Assembly: GCA_010909165.1 (NCBI GenBank)
Contig: MU008203.1
Coordinates: forward strand, 372,001-436,000
Source of the DNA: Anthoceros angustus
Taxonomy: Eukaryota > Plantae > Anthocerotophyta
Direction: 5' to 3'
DNA length: 64,000 nt
In this document: piece by piece, positions 26,908 to 41,200 of the stretch
How the letters are laid out: each line of letters opens with the position of its first letter
Position numbering within the stretch: the first letter of the stretch is position 1
Translations under genes and position numbers: made by a program
The notes under the pieces: model-generated
What the model saw: the letters and a program-made list of their open reading frames with translations, nothing else
Told to the model about the DNA's origin: nothing
The model's database searches: none

Positions 26908-29900
26908 AGAAGGTTGGTAATCTTGTCGATATCTCTCTTCAAATGCATGTAGGTAACGGCCAAGCTTTTGTGCCCTGTGCTCTACCGGGCTTTTTCTCGA
27001 GACGTCGGTTTCAAAGATTCGTATCGATAACGTGACTAACAAGGTGATTGTCTCTCAACCCTCAGTGCTGTCCTTTGGAGAGCATAGAGGATTATTCTCT
27101 GCAATGCTGGGTCTATGCACGCTTAGGTGCATCACTTCCATCCAAAATTGGGGGTGATAACTTGCTAAGTAGATGGTGGTAAAAACGGGTTTTTTTTAAT
27201 CCGTTTCTCATACGCCTTAAAATATCTCGGTTTTGGGTGTAATTGTGGTCCGTGGGTTTAGTTGTGGCTTCTGGCGCTTGCTTTTGCTTGTGGAAGTGGG
27301 AGCTTTAGATAAAGGTGAGTTATGTTGTGGGTCGGTCCAAAGTAGATGGGGAATGCTACGTGGGAGAATGGGGAAGTTGATGTGGTGGTGGCTGGGTAGA
27401 CCCATGGGGTTGGTAGTGATGTGGGAGGCCGGTGGTGCAGCGGTGTGGGAGGCATGCTTTGCGGCGATGTGGGAGGGCGGCGATGTGGGAGGAGGTAGGA
27501 GGATGGCGTGTGGAGGAGGTAGGAGGATGAAGGTGTGGAGGAGGTGGGATGGCGCGGTGTGGGAGGGCGTGGAGGTGTTGGAAGACGGGCAGGCGGCGGC
27601 GGCTGAGGTTGACTACCATGTGAGATGTGACATGTCCCTTGCCCGGACTTTGGCCTGTAGTTGGATCTGGATCACGGCGGCCGGGGTGGAGATGGTGGGC
27701 TTTGCCTCGCGTTGCCGAGTCGGCCCCTCTCCTTGACCCCTCGTGCTCCTCGTCTCATCTTTTCCACGCGCAATGATGAGTGGTTCCATGACAGTACAGT
27801 TGCAGTGTGTGACAATGGCTGGTGACAGTAGCGACCTGCCGCTCACCCACCTTCCAAAGACACGTTGGTCAAGAAGTTCCAAAGCCAGCGCCAGTGTTGT
27901 TTTCTTTGTTGACACTGACGTCCTCAACTTCCCGCATTGCCGCTGCGCCTAGCTCATCTAAGAACCAAAGATTTCTCCCTCAAGCACTTCAACCCTAGTA
28001 TGAGACCATGGTGACCATTTGGTGTACTACAATAAACAAGATTTGCAGTTGGCGGGATGATGCCAGCACATGGACTGGACCACCTCGAGGGACTACAAAG
28101 AGATAATGGGGCAGTGAGGCCTAGTCTCCTCCCATCAATTTGAACGACCGGTGACGTAGAGCAAGGAGTGCACGAGGTTTTGGCTTTTGTTGGGAGTGAC
28201 CGTCCTCACATCCGGATGTGGTGGAAGTGGACTCGTCTTACGATCGGGTTGATTGGACTTTTTTTTTGCATGCTCACAAGTAAAAGAGCGCCCCGAGTGG
28301 AGAAGATCTTAGTAGAAAGGGACGAAATTGTGTGGATCAGGGGTCCCCGGCCGCGTGATAGGCCTCGCTAAGGCGTGACTGCAAGTGTGTCGCCAGGTCG
28401 AGGATTGGTGATTTTCGAGCAAAGGCAAGTGGTGCGCGCTGAAGAGGGAGAGTAGAGGGCGCTTGCTTGTTTAGAAGGCTGAGAAGTTGTGTCAGCAGTA
28501 GCGATTGCACAAGACCCGAACCTCACAAGTCTCATGGGACGAAACCCAACGCATTTAAAGTGGGATAAGTGGCCGCTTAGAGGGGAAGCCTCGAAGCCCC
28601 GGGTTTTCCTCCCACAAGAAGGTTGGTAATCTTGGTCAGATATCTCTCTTCAAATCAGTGGTAGGTAACGCCAAGCTTTTGTGCCCTGTGCCTCACCGGG
28701 CTTCAACGTCGGTTTCAAAGATTCGATAACGCGACAGTGCTAACAAGGTGATTGTCTTCTAACCCTCGCCGTGTTCATATAGGATTATTCTCTGCAATCG
28801 TCGGGTCTATGCACGCCTAGTGCATCACTTCATCCAAAATCAGTGGATAACTTGCTAAGTAGATGGTGGTAAAACGGGTTTTTTTTAATCCTATTTCATA
28901 CGCCTTAAAATATCTCGGCTTTTGGGGTGTTACTGTGGTCCGGTGGGGTTTAGTTGTACGCGCTATTACTTGCTTTTGTGGAAGTGGAGCTTTAGATAAA
29001 GGTGAGGTTGTGTGTGGTCGGTCCGAAGTAGATGGGGAATGCACCTGGGAGAATGGGGAAGTTGATGGTGGTGTTGGAGACCCATGGGGTTGGTAGTGAT
29101 GTGGGAGGCGTGGTTTGCGCGGCAATGGTGGGAGGCAGCGTTTTGCGGCATGTGGGAGGTGGGCTGGCCATGGGAGGGAGGGTGGAGGATGGACAGCGTG
29201 CGGAGGAGGTGGGAGGATGAAGGTGTGGGAGTGAGGTGGGATGGCGTCAAAGGTGGGAGGGCGTGGAGGTGTTGGAAGACGGGCACGGGCGACGGCTTGC
29301 TGACTACCATGTGATGGGGTGGACATGTCCCTTGCGGACTTTTGGCCACTGTAGTTGGATCCTCGATCTCGGCCGGGGTGAGAGATGGTGGGCTTTGCCT
29401 CGCGTTGCCGAGTCTTCAGCCCCTCGCTGCTCCTCGGGTTCTCATCTTTTTCCGTCAATGGGGTGGTTGCCAACAGCCTGCAGTGTGACAATGGCTGGGC
29501 CATGCCGCTCACTCCACCTTCCAAAGACACTGTTGAAGTTCCAAAGAACGCGCCAGTGTTGTTTTCGGTGCTGATGCTGACGCCCTCAACTTCCTCGCCA
29601 GCCGCATAGCGCCTAGCTCAAAGAGAACCAAAGATTTCTCCCTCAAGCACTTCAACCCTAGTATGAGACCATGGTGACCATTGGTGTACTACCGTAAAAC
29701 AAGATTTGCAGTGCTCGGTCAGGATGATTTTTCTCGCTTTTGTGGACCACCTCGAGGGACTACAAAGTGAGATAATGGGGCTGGGAGCCTAGTCTCCTCC
29801 CATCAATTTGAACGACCGGTGACGCAGGGCGTTGCACGAGTGTTTTGGCTTTTGTTCGGGAGTGACCGTCGCTGCACATGGTGGAAGTAGCGACTATACG

Positions 29901-29932
29901 ATCGGGTTGATTGGACTTTTTGTGCTCACAAC
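26556..29932. repeat. About 1.7 kb tandem duplication (LTR end plus flank)
   Basis: About 26556-28280 aligns with about 28285-29932 throughout, and the differences are mostly small indels. Confidence 0.9.
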
Positions 29933-31500
29933 TTAGAAGTGGATCCCTTGGCCACTCTCCCGCCTCGATGGACCTGGCATGAGGGCACGTATAAGGTTAT
30001 CGCTCATTTTATAGAAGGAAACAAACCCGCTTGTAGCACTCGACATATAATCGCCAATTCACATCTGGCCTCATGGACACAGGGACATGGTGATGGTAAC
30101 GTGATGAGCATGACTGGGCCACCGTCCTCGCTTTGGTTTTTTTCTCACTTGTAGAGGAAGGCCACCAGAATCGGGCGGAGTGGAGGCTGCTTGGGGAGGA
30201 TGGCCTGCACGCCTCAGGAGGCGGGAGGAGCCAGAGGCCAATATGGGAAGGTGCCGTTGAGGCTGGGTCAGGTGTGAAAGCCGGAGTTGAGGTGTGCCGA
30301 GTTGGAGGTAAAAGTCGAGTTGACAAAGGTGTTGAGGTGAGTTGAGGTGCCGATTTTGTGGTGTGCCAATGGTGGAGGTGCGTGAGTCCTGAGGTGTGCC
30401 GGAGTGAGTTGTCGGAGTCATGGTCCTCCTGGTGGATCGCTGGAGACAATCATTGGGTGGTGGCTTGGCTGAGATGGACCCGCCACAGCCCTGGGATGGA
30501 CCTTTGAGAGAAAGAAGTGACAAATCAAGGGATGTTGGTGGTGGTTGCGGAGAGAAGGGAGGAAAGATGGAAGGATGTTTTCCGTTATGGTTGTTTTCGC
30601 CATGGACGATCCAATCCATCTGCAGGTGCCTCGCGCTAACTCGCTTTTCGCTTTCGCCCGCAGTTGGCGCAAGTTAACAATATGGTTGACTTTGAAGAGG
30701 AGCCCAGTTTGTTGAGGAAAAGGCGCCCAAAAGAAGCCGGAGGTGCGTGAAAGGACCGAATATGTCAAGTTGCAAGGAAAGCCCGCGAATGTCTGGATCG
30801 AAAGAAGAAGATGGCACACCAGAGGCCGGTTTCAACGTTAGGGACATTTCATACACCGATATTCGAAGATCTTATTGGGGTGACGAGTTCATCGTTAGTG
30901 TGTTGGGCCGATAGCTGGAAGAACGAAGGATTCAAGTGGTCTCGAAATATGTTGTTGTAAGGTGATTTCAACATGAGTGGGAAAGCATTGATGATTTGTG
31001 TTATTGTGTGTACCGGAAGCGGCCCTCTGAGGGGAAGAAGGTCATTCCTCGGAAGATGGCACTTGGAGTGCTTGTGGAGAAGTTGAAAGGTGTTTCCATT
31101 GACTGGTTCACTTATGACAAGACAACAAAGGCACTTCGGGCAAGGGGTGTGGTTCGAAGAGCAGAAACAGCAAAAAAGAAGATGCGTGAGAGGATGGCCG
31201 TGGAGGACAACTGTGAAGTTGAGGTACATATGTTTGTGGATGGCGGCCGCTGTAAGGGACCTTCCGCGTAGGGAGAGTATTAGCCAGCGGACACGCCTCA
31301 TGCTCGAGAGTCCAAGGTGCTAGCCCTTCAAGAGAATGTATTCAGCAACAAAGCCCATCCGGGGATGTGAAGAGCTTGGAAACAAAGGTGCCATGGTGGA
31401 AACTATCATGACCAAAGATCCGTGGAGTCAACTTCTCATGATGAGGTTGCGCATCAAACTACACACGGGATGACAAGCGCTGGTGGTTCTGAGAGCAAGT
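26908..31500 (+). mobile_element. Possible degenerate L1-clade LINE (ORF1 zinc knuckles and start of endonuclease)
   Basis: EVDPLATLP...IEGNKPACSTRHII near 29936-30060 resembles the ORF1 CCHC region. A second knuckle-like CFRYGCFRH lies near 30577, and FNVRDI (about 30831) and GDFNM (30961) resemble APE endonuclease motifs. The region is heavily frameshifted and the motif spacing is shorter than expected. Confidence 0.35.
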
Positions 31501-31539
31501 CTAGGACTTGGGCTCTGGCGTCTAGACGCCATGGCACCT

Positions 31540-34500
31540 TGTGGCGCTGACCGGGACGGCTACCGGCGCGCATAATCCTGCAAGGTCGCTAGTAGTAAGG
31601 AGGTCCGCTCAAGAGAATGACATAGGGCTTTCATCACACGCTTCAATCGCTTCTCACCTCATGTAGTACCGCGACTCAACACACACGTCATTGCTTTACG
31701 CCATTTAACCACCAGATCGTTTCACCGGACAAAGCCTTGGCCAAACGCCATGACCCGCCCGTCTGCCCTCATCTGTTTGTCACCGGGTCCCTCCAAATCT
31801 GCTCTCTCACCATTCCCACTACACTCATCGCCTGGAGAAAAACGCTGGTGGTCAGCATGTCCGCATTCCTCCCCCGCCACCACGCCCGGCCTCTCTGCCC
31901 GGGTTTCACGCCTCGAAAGTTCCTCCTCGCTCACGCTGCTCGGCCCATCTAACGCTGGTCACGCCGAGATGAGTGGGTGGGTCCTGGTCGCCTTCCTCGC
32001 ATAATACCATCACAGCATGTTAGGTCTCTGCCACTGACCTTACCGCCTGGAGCTGCTGCACGCCGCTGATCTCCCGTGACTCACGCTAGCAAGAAGGCAC
32101 AAGGGCTCGCAAGAAGACGCTGCATCAACACTCAAGAGAAAGATACTTTACTAGAGTGGCCCATAAGCCCTCTTATACCCTACGCCCAAGGCTCGGCATC
32201 TTTATTACATTCCTTATTTTGAGGCTGGTGAATCTGGGCCTCAAGGGGTATGCCCTAATTCCATTACTGCCTACCATCTTTATTCCTTCCTCCAATCCTC
32301 CGCTGCCTGGTGGGTGGGCACCGGATGAAACCTTGTTCCGTCCTAAAGCGCGCCGCGGCCCGCCTTCAACTCGATGCTTGGCATTCGGCGCATCTAATCG
32401 GATGATCCGCGGGCGGACCCTTCCCTAACTCGCATCTGTTGGAGCTCACGGCCCACGATGTCTCGGCTGAATCGCCGCAATTCACCACATCTTCCTCCTC
32501 GGCCCTCGAAAGGTGGTCCCTCGCCAAGAGGGACCACCCGATCGATCGCTCCCTTGCGTAAGCCCAGGAGGGCTCCCCTCACCTCTCGAGTCCCTACCTC
32601 GGGTCCGGTTCGTCTCAAACTTCCGAGTCCGAACTTGCGAGGTTCGAGGCCTTATTCTCTGTAGAGTCCGGCCTCTTAGGAGTCCTGCCTCTCATCTGGG
32701 GTCTCGGGACCTCGAGGGGTCGAATCTTATTACCAAGGTCCGGGTCCTCTCAAGTCCCGGACCCCTCATCCCACAGGACCGCCCATCGTTGTTGGGGGCC
32801 TATCCTCACCCACCTGGCAAGCCCTTGTCTTGGGTCGTTGGTTTTCGTAGGTAAGAGTAATCCAGTCAAATTGACCTGGGATTTTGCTTACTACCACGCC
32901 TTGTTCCCTGCATGCCAGTTGGGAAGCCTCTGGGCGCTACGCTACCAAGCAGGACGGACCTTGGAAGGCCTGAGGAGGGTGGAAGGGGAAGAAGGACACA
33001 TGGGATGTGACGCAACCTGCAGGCCTTGACCTTGTTTGGAGACAGCAATTTACGCTGTGAGAAGAGCCCTGGGGGAGCAGGACGCTGGCAATGCAACGAC
33101 ACTCGGGAGTTAGAAGCCCAACCCCTGTGAGGGATAGAGATGGGGGCCCCGAAGGGGCGAGGAAGCAGGCGCCTGGCATCTCCCTACCCTTACTCGCCAG
33201 GTGCTCCGTGAGTCGAGCGTCTTGTCCCGGGCTTTGGCTTCGGAACATCCCATCTCCCTGCCAAGTTTCTGGCCATGTACCGAGTCAGGCCGAATCTCAC
33301 AGGCCACAAAGTGCTTCCTTGCCATTACCTCCTCAATCCGCCACGTTTGTTCCTCCCGCCCGCCTCAGCCAATCGCTGCTTCGCCTCTGGCCCGCCGCCG
33401 CCTTTCCCCGCCATACCTAACGCAGCCGCCCTCCTCCGCTTCCTTAGTAGCCCGGACTGCCAGCCTTCTTTTCTCGCTGCGTCCCAAGGCCTTCCTCGCC
33501 CCGCTCATCCCGGCCTCAAGCTCCGCCATCTCCCTCTCCAGACGGTTTCGCAACTCTTGCCTGGCTTCGTGCTTAAATCGCCTGTGTCCTTCTCCATTTT
33601 ACAGTAAGCGTTCGCCTCCTTGTTCCATCGCTTACCTCTTACATCCGCCAATGTAGGTGGAGTAGCTTATCTCCCTTCGCCTGTGATCCGCGATCACGCC
33701 CGCATTCCCGTTCTGCCGCCATCATTGTAACCTGGGAGCCGCAGCCTCCCGCGTCTCCTTGCGTCTTCCATTTCCCCGCCGGCTTACAGTTGCTCCACCT
33801 CACGCACTGAGCTCGAGGATCCTCCATCTCCTTGTTGTCGGCCTCCTTCTCCTCTCGCTCGGGTTGGCCCATGGCCTCACGCCTTCCGGGCCTTGCTCCG
33901 CCTTCAGTTAGCTGTGGCAGCTATCCGCCCATCTCCTCCACCGGGTTTCGACTACGGGCCGGATAGTAGTGATCCCTGGTCGGCCTTGGCTGCTTTCCGC
34001 CTCCTCCCAGGCCCCGCCTTCGAGCCTCACGGCCCTGGCCAGGTTGGTCCAGCCGCGTGTCGCCTCGGCCAGTGTGCGAGCCCTCTCCTCATGGCTCCCT
34101 TGGGCCTCCTCCGCCTCCTTGTGTGCTACCCACCTCCGTCTGCAGAGTCTTCCGCCTGTGCTTTGAGCCTCCCTCTGCAGCCTATGCGGCGTCAGACAAA
34201 TGTGAAGGACCTTGGTCCGGGCTCTTTGCTGGATAGATTCCTGGACTCTCCGGCTTCTAACTTCCCGACGCTTCTCCTCTCGATTTGAGCGAGGGATTCC
34301 CTGCTTCTTCTTCGTGATCCTGGGCTGCCTCCACCGGCTCCTAGAGGAGCACCATGCGCCTTCTGTTGCCTCTCACTCCGGGTCACCAGGGGCCATTCTC
34401 GTAGAAGCATCTCGTATCCAAAGCATACCGCCCATGACGGTAGCCAAAACCCGCCGCTTCCTCCACGGTCAGCCATAATCGGGAGATGCCCGGGTGGAAG

Positions 34501-35370
34501 TCCGTGGGCGCTGGCATCTCTCCGGTCCGTTAAGGACCGCGATACTGATCGGCCCGAGCGAGTCCGGACTGGGTTCTCTCTGGCATTCCACCGGGACCCT
34601 CGAGATACGAGTCTCGAAAGGGCCGTGGGTCCGAGCTCACCTTCCTTAGCCCTTTTGGCATGCTTAACCTCCTTCTCCGCCCTTCTTCTCCTCTGGGGCT
34701 TAGGAGGTGGTGGCCAGAGTCCGGAGGCCCGGCCTCTTGCCTCGCCAATGGGTCGGGGATAGGGACGGCTTCTGTAGGTGAAGTCACGCTTGTCCTGTCC
34801 TCTCGCTCTCGGGTGCTGTCCTCTCCGCCCCCCTCCTCACGGCTTCCTCCGCGCCTCCTGCCCACTCCGCCAGGTAGGGTAAGCAGGCTGTGAGTCAGAA
34901 TGTGGTACTCTCTGCTGGTAGGCGCCACTCATTTGGCTTCGGGTTCTACCGAGGGCCGCGGGCTCAAGTAGGGTTGTTGTTGGTCATCTTGGGCCGAGGC
35001 CGCCAAGCGCCCACCTGCCGCACTGCGTCTCCTCCCTCCACATGTGGTCTTTCGGTGGGGCCCAAGTATCAAGAGGAGGAAGGCCGGGGACATTCCCACA
35101 CTTCCCCTAGGTGGCCAGGGGGTCAGTTTCAGGAGCGGATGACGGATGAGTCCTCGATCCCTCCCGCCTGCCTCCTCCGGACCCTGTTTGGCCTTAGAGG
35201 GTTTCAAGCCTCCGCCTCGGGCGCCTTGCCTTTCCCGCCCGCTTTCCGGTAGGGCCGCTTAGCCCTTTCCGGCCCGCTTCTTCCCCTCCTTCAGAGGCTG
35301 AGGTGTCCCACATGGATGAGGAAGGGGATGTTCCGACGGAGGCGGCTTCTCGCTCCGTAGTTTCTTGGCC
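31540..35370 (-). mobile_element. Family A LTR element fragment (extra ORF plus LTR), inverted relative to 38202-42381
   Basis: Reverse-complement similarity to about 39300-42381 (shared CCGCGGATCATCCGATT, TATAAGAGGGC, GTAAAGTATCTTTCTCTTG and GCTACCGTCATGG). The terminus TGTGGCGC is at 31540. Confidence 0.7.
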
Positions 35371-35394
35371 TCTTGGTTGATCCGGGTGAGGATA

Positions 35395-35620
35395 ATCCTC
35401 CCCCAGGCCTTTATACATTACGCTCGTCCTTTCAGGATGTACAACGGATGCGTCTTCAAGGTGGGTCCGGACGGCGCGGAGCGCAGGTACCTTCAACAGG
35501 CGGAAACGGAGGTAGTAATAAAAGGGATGCATGAAGGACTAGGTGGTGGACATTATGCGGCGCAAGTCACCACCAAGAAAATCTTGGAGGCGGATATCGG
35601 GGTGGCATGGCACAACGGGC
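35395..35620 (+). mobile_element. Ty3/gypsy integrase zinc-binding (H2C2) fragment of Athila/Tat type
   Basis: FKVGPDGAERRYLQQAETEVVIKGMHEGLGGGHYAAQVTTKKILEA matches the H-x6-H ... T..KIL.AG pattern. Confidence 0.8.
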
Positions 35621-36699
35621 GCGATGCAATGGCGTCCGTGAGCATACAGTACTAATGAGCGTACGCATATGCATAGGCATGGGGGGGTGATGGGCATGCA
35701 CATACTCCACCCGCCATGAACGGCATAGCGGAAATCAAGTTTGAGGAGCCGGGCCGTGATCACGCCCGCTGAGTTATGGCTGCCACCATGGAGTCATGCG
35801 CCCATGTTGCCTGTGATCAACGACGCCGAGCTAAGGGGATAGTAATCCGCGAGAAGAGACGATTCTGTTTGCTTCAGTAGTGACAGCCATACAGCCCTCA
35901 AGTGGGCGGAATGTAGGCTTTGAGAGTGAGAAGGGATAGCGGTGAGAGGTTTTGATCCGCACCACGCCGATGTGTTGTGAGTTTGGCCTAACGAGTTTTG
36001 CACATCAGCAATCCCTTCTTCTTTTGTTCTCGGAGCCCACATTGCAACCGCCAACGCCGTGAGGCACGCGGAGCGCCAGCACCACAAGCAACGAGCTAAA
36101 GGGCCCACTGAGGCCGCATGGTGAGATAAGTAGATGGTGGACCGTGAGGAATATCGTGACTTTTCCTTGTCGCTTATGCTGATCATTCCATCGAAGTTGG
36201 CCGCCGGCGTAATCCAGAGCCCGCCACACCGGTATGTAAGATTGTGGGAGGAGGTGATTGATAAGTTGGCAGCTGGCGGATTGGACGAAGGGACCAATCG
36301 ACTTTGACACAATGTCGTACATAGTGTCACGCAGGGGCGGATTGATGCGTGATGGTGCTCCGCCGTTGGATCGAACGAGTACTCCCGGTGAAGCGAGAGC
36401 TCGTCTCAACACCCTCCAGGCGCAGGAGGCGGTGGACAATTTGAGTGGAACGAGTCCTATTCGCACCATAGCATTCAAGAAAAGGAGGTGAGGTCGAATG
36501 GAGTATGAACCGCACCAAGCAAGAATGACGTGTTCATGTCGGCACGCAAAGATGTCGCTGGCGATTTTGAAGAAAATTCGGGATGGGCCATTGATGAGAT
36601 GGTGCTACAAGTCTGAGTTCACCCGGAGATGGCTTTGAGGAAGATGAGCACGTCGGCCGGAGAGCCCTTACATGTTATCGTGATTGCAAGGATCAAATT

Positions 36700-37400
36700 T
36701 TGCAAGATGCCCGATCCTTGGCACGATGACAAAAAGGACTTTGAAAGGAGACGAAGAGGAACATCGTCGTGCAACCAAGCTGCCATCACATTTCTAGTGG
36801 ATGAAATGTTCAGAGTTTCCACCTCCTTTCCCTTTTCTTCTTCCTCGGGCGCTCTCTTGCCTCTCTCTCCTTCCCTCGCCGCCTTCCTTCCTCGGCGGCT
36901 GGCGATGCGGCTTCTCCTCTTGCGTTTTACGCTCGGCTCAGTCTCGCGTGAGTTGGCTCTTCGAAGGAAGTTGGCGCGCCCAAAGCACTTTGCCCTCTTT
37001 GGATCGCCACAGGCTGACAACCCTAGATTGGTCATCATTCCAAAATCCTAATTCTACCTATCTATTTTCCTATTTTCCTACTATCCTAATTAATCGCTTC
37101 TAATTACTTATATATTTATTCCCTATTGGTGAGCATATATAGTGGATATATCCCCCATTCTAATTTCCTTTTGAGATTGTCGATGCCCTTACATGATGAT
37201 ACGCTTCCCTTCTCACTACGTAGTGGCGACCTACGGTGGTAGTCTCTACCAACCTTTCGGTGCCTCACCGCCTCGCGGGGTCGTTTGACCCGTTCTTCTT
37301 CTGGGATATCCTTTTCTTCCTAACAATATCCTACAACTCCGGCTTCAAGATTCTCGGAAAATTTCTTGGCATGCTCCTCTTCAATCGTTCTTAGCCAAAA
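36700..37400 (-). mobile_element. Family B internal fragment in reverse orientation, ending at an N (37401)
   Basis: The reverse complement matches about 21910-22500 and 48912-49330 (TTTTGGCTAAGAAC, CACCAATAGGGAATAAATA, TTAGGATTTTGGAATGATG). Confidence 0.7.
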
Positions 37401-37401
37401 N

Positions 37402-38201
37402 AGACTACGGAAAGACTGGAGGTTCTCACGGTGCAAACTCATAACCCCAAGGAAGAACTTGTTGGTTGTAGGGCACTCCTGTGCGCCAGCTGTAAGGGCG
37501 AGCTAGGGCTGTGAGCTTGAAGTAAGGTTAGATTAGGAGGATGAGGAGTTGAGTTGAGGTGAGTGTTGAGGAGAATGTGGAGCTGAATGTTGAGTAGAGG
37601 AGTAGGTAGAGATTAGGAGTAAGAAGAAGGCCCAAGTCGAGCCTAAGGGAGGGGTCCCAACCGCACCAAACCGAGACCGGAAGCCGGGCTAAGGTCTCAA
37701 AATCACGGGTGGAGAAGTCGCTACCGTAGGGGGTCCCTATGTGCGAGACGTGGACCTATCACAGGGCGGGACCCACGATCGAGGATGTCGTAGGTCCGTG
37801 AGTGGTGATTCACGAGCAAAGGGAGTGGCGTGGCCGCCGAGTTGGTGGTTGAGGTGCCAATTGTGGGAAGGCGGGAAAGGAATAGTGGACGATCACGGGT
37901 GGTGAAGTCGCTGCAACGAGGGGTCCCTACGCGTAGCCACCGACCACCGCTGTGGGGTGGACCTAGTCGAGGGGTGTCGTTGTAGGTCTAGAAGCGGTGA
38001 TTGACGAGCAAAGATGGTGAGGCGTGGTCTGGAGTGAGTTGAAGTTGCTCCACTGTGAGGGAGCTTGGGGTGGGAAGAGGCGGTGGTTTGTGCCTTGGAT
38101 GTTGGTGACCGACAAACAAGAGTCTCATGGGACGAAACCTATTGAATAGCGGATAAGTGTGGCCACTAGAGGGTGAATCTGAAGCCCCGGGTTTTCCCAC
38201 A
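37402..38201 (+). mobile_element. Family B LTR, 3' portion
   Basis: Similar to 26341-26907 (GGAGGTTCTCAC, CCCAAGGAAGAACTTG, AGTCTCATGGGA, GGATAAGTGTGGCC) and ends GGGTTTTCCCACA. Confidence 0.7.
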
Positions 38202-41200
38202 CCTGTGGGTCATAGAGTATTCTGCCTCACCGCAAGGCAGCAAGGCCGCAGTGGAAGCGTAAGGCGAGGTAAGCCATGCAGTCCCCGTTATGGCGAAGAG
38301 TCGAGCCATTTCCGACGAGAGAAGCAAGGCGAGGTCATTCTTCCAAACAACTTCACACGACAGATACTGCTCGGCCACCCGCTCTCTCGCATTGTCTTTT
38401 GATCGCGTGCACCCTTCCAGTTCGACTTGGCGAGTGAAGCAACCGACACCGCGGCCGAGGAGCGGAGATTGGAGCCTCACACCAACAAATGAAGGAGGAA
38501 GATGGGACCCAAGAAAGCGCGGAGGCGGAGCCATGGCGCTTGGTGGAGCGCAACATCGCTACCAAGCGCCACCCGACTTCGGCCGTGGCCGGAGGAGGCG
38601 GAGATGGTGGAGGAGTGGCACTGACATTTTCCAGTGTCTGACCTTCGACAACACCCTAGTCCGAGTACCGAAGATGTTGGCGCGCCAACAAGGAGGTCCG
38701 ATCCAAGAACTCATGGAGGACCTTTAGGAGGTGGACTGGAGGTCCCGAGGGCGGCACAACCGCCGGAGGAAGTAGGAGGAGTTTAACCCAAGGTGAAGGG
38801 GAAGGTGGAAGCGCCGTGGCGGCCTTTGCATATCAGAACGCAGCGTCCTCCAACGGATGGTCGATGCCCGACCTCGAGGAGGGTACGCTCGGGCGAAGAT
38901 TATCGCCCATCGAATATGCTCACCAAGTGGACCACCTTGGGATAACCGCCAGTGTTCCTCCACGACCATGCGGGGAAACGCTACGATCGGGCGTGATAAT
39001 CTTCGCATCAATCGTGAAGCTCGCAAGCCGAGGTGCGAGAAGCCACCTCCGCCGGCGTTATCGCTTTTGATTCATGTGGCACGCCAACCTCCAAGGAGGG
39101 TGAAGAACGAGCACCTGAAAGGGCTGCCCACCGGGAGGCGAGGGAAGAGCGCAGGAGGCGGAGGCCCGCCCCGGAGTAAGAGGGTCCGGGAGGAGGACGA
39201 CTGGGAGGGAATTCTGCATCTACGCCTGAGCGGACCCCCGCCACCGAGGGAAGTGTGGGAGGACATCCCCGCTTCCTCCTCCTGGTGCCCCCACCGGAGC
39301 ATGCAGGAAGGAGCAACAGATGTGAGTTGGCGGTTCCAGCTACGCAGCGCCAGCCCAACAACAACGATACCGAGCTCCGGCTGACTGGAACCAAGAGGCG
39401 GAAGACGGCGCCACCAACAAGACCTGTGATAACGCCTGTTTCCTGCTCGCCAACGGAGTGGCAAGAAGCGGAGGAGGCAGTACGAAGGGCGGAGAGGGAC
39501 GCTGCCCAAGGAGCGGGAGGCCACTGGCAGCAGCCTCACCCGGAGCCTGTCCTGTCTCCGACCGGGAGAGGAAAAAGGGCCAGCTCCCGGACCCCTTCAC
39601 CACCTCCGAGCCCCAGGAGGAAAAGGGCGGAGAAGGAGTTAGCGGCCAAGAGGGCCAAGGAAGGTGAGGCTCGGACTCAAAGACTAGACCTAAGGGTCCC
39701 GATTAGGTCCGAGAGCCCACCGACTCGCCCGGACTGCAGATGATGTCCTTGACGGACAGAGATGCCCGCCACTGACTTTCTCGGCATCTCCGCGGCCGTG
39801 GAAGAAACGAAAGTTTTAGCTACCGTCATGGACGGATGTTTGGGGCCTCTCGACAGGGAGAAGACCCAAGAAGTAGAGGCCACCCGGAGGAGGATGGTGG
39901 AACTTCAAGGTGTGGAGGCGCAGAGGCGGGTATATGGAGTCCTCGCCCAAATCGAGGAGGGAAAACGCCGAGGCGGAGCGAGTCCGGACGGTCCGAAGAC
40001 GACTAAGATCCTTCACCGTCAATCAAGCGCAGGAGGCCCAAGCACGGCCGAAGGACCTGCAAACGGAGGCGTGAAAGGAGGCGGAGGAGGGTCGAGGCGC
40101 GGAGAACGCCGACCGCCGAGGCGGCTCGGCTAGACCAACACCAAGCCGTGAGGCTCGGTGAAAGCGCGGGAGGCGGGCCGCGAGGTCGGCCAGGATCACT
40201 GCAAGCGTGATCGGGCCGGTGGAGAAGCGGGGGTAACTAACTGAGGCGAACAGTGGCGGTGAACAGCAGGCGAGCGAAGAAGAGATGGAGGCCCGGCCGA
40301 GAAATAGGGGACCTCAGGTGCGGTGCGAGGAGCGGAGGAGGCGGGGGGAGGCGGCACAAGGACACCACAGTTGCAACTCAAGGCAGCGTCGGAAACGCGG
40401 GTTCTCAGGAGAATCCAAGACTTGAGCGGGAGATTGAGCGCCTCCGGCTTCACCTAAAGAGGAGAATGAGGCGATCTAAGGAGTTGGACGCCAGTGAAGA
40501 AGGAGGCGGAGGAAGCCGAGTCAGGCGGAGATCAAGCCCTTTGGAGAAGAAGTGGCGGACCTCCCGGGTAAGGATGAGCGGAGGGCAGGCGGAGGAGGCA
40601 GCTTGTCCGTTGGGAAGCAGAGGAGCTCGGCTCCATGGCGGCAAGTTGGTGGAGCTGCAGCGAAGGAGGAGGAGCACGTCGGCGGCGGCAAAGGCTGCAG
40701 GAGGTGTCGGAGGCCGCCTTGGCGGCATCAAAGTCTGCCCGGCTTCAATTGGCAAGCGTGGCGGCGGGGCGGTGAGGCGGACAACACGCCCAGCCAGCAC
40801 CTCAGGAGGAGATGCAGGGTGCTCCGGGCCCATGTGGAGGAGGCAATTCAACAAGTCGACTCCGACTTTGCCTACTACCAGGAGCTTCTCAAGGCACCGG
40901 AGGTGTCGCGCCACCCCTCGGCAAGTGGGACGGGGTTCGGATGGGTCGGAAGGAGGTGAGGAGGAAGGTCCCGGGGCAGCCAGGGACCTTAGGGCCATGT
41001 TTCGGCAGCAGGGCGAGGGAGGCTGGAGGCGGGGCGCAGAAGGTCACTGCGAGGTAAGCACTCTGCACCCTCGGAAGGAAGGGAGGAGGGCCACAGGGAG
41101 GCCGTGAAGGCGCATCCAGGGCAGGGAACCGAGGGCTCGGTGGGTGAGCCGTGATAAGAGCCCGAGGGGCAGTGCTCGAGTCCGGACTTTGTCAGGACTC

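Noticed and set aside
35650-36700. ORFs of 150-180 aa after the integrase fragment
   Set aside because: No recognisable motifs, and integrase similarity collapses abruptly. This may be low-quality or unrelated decayed sequence.
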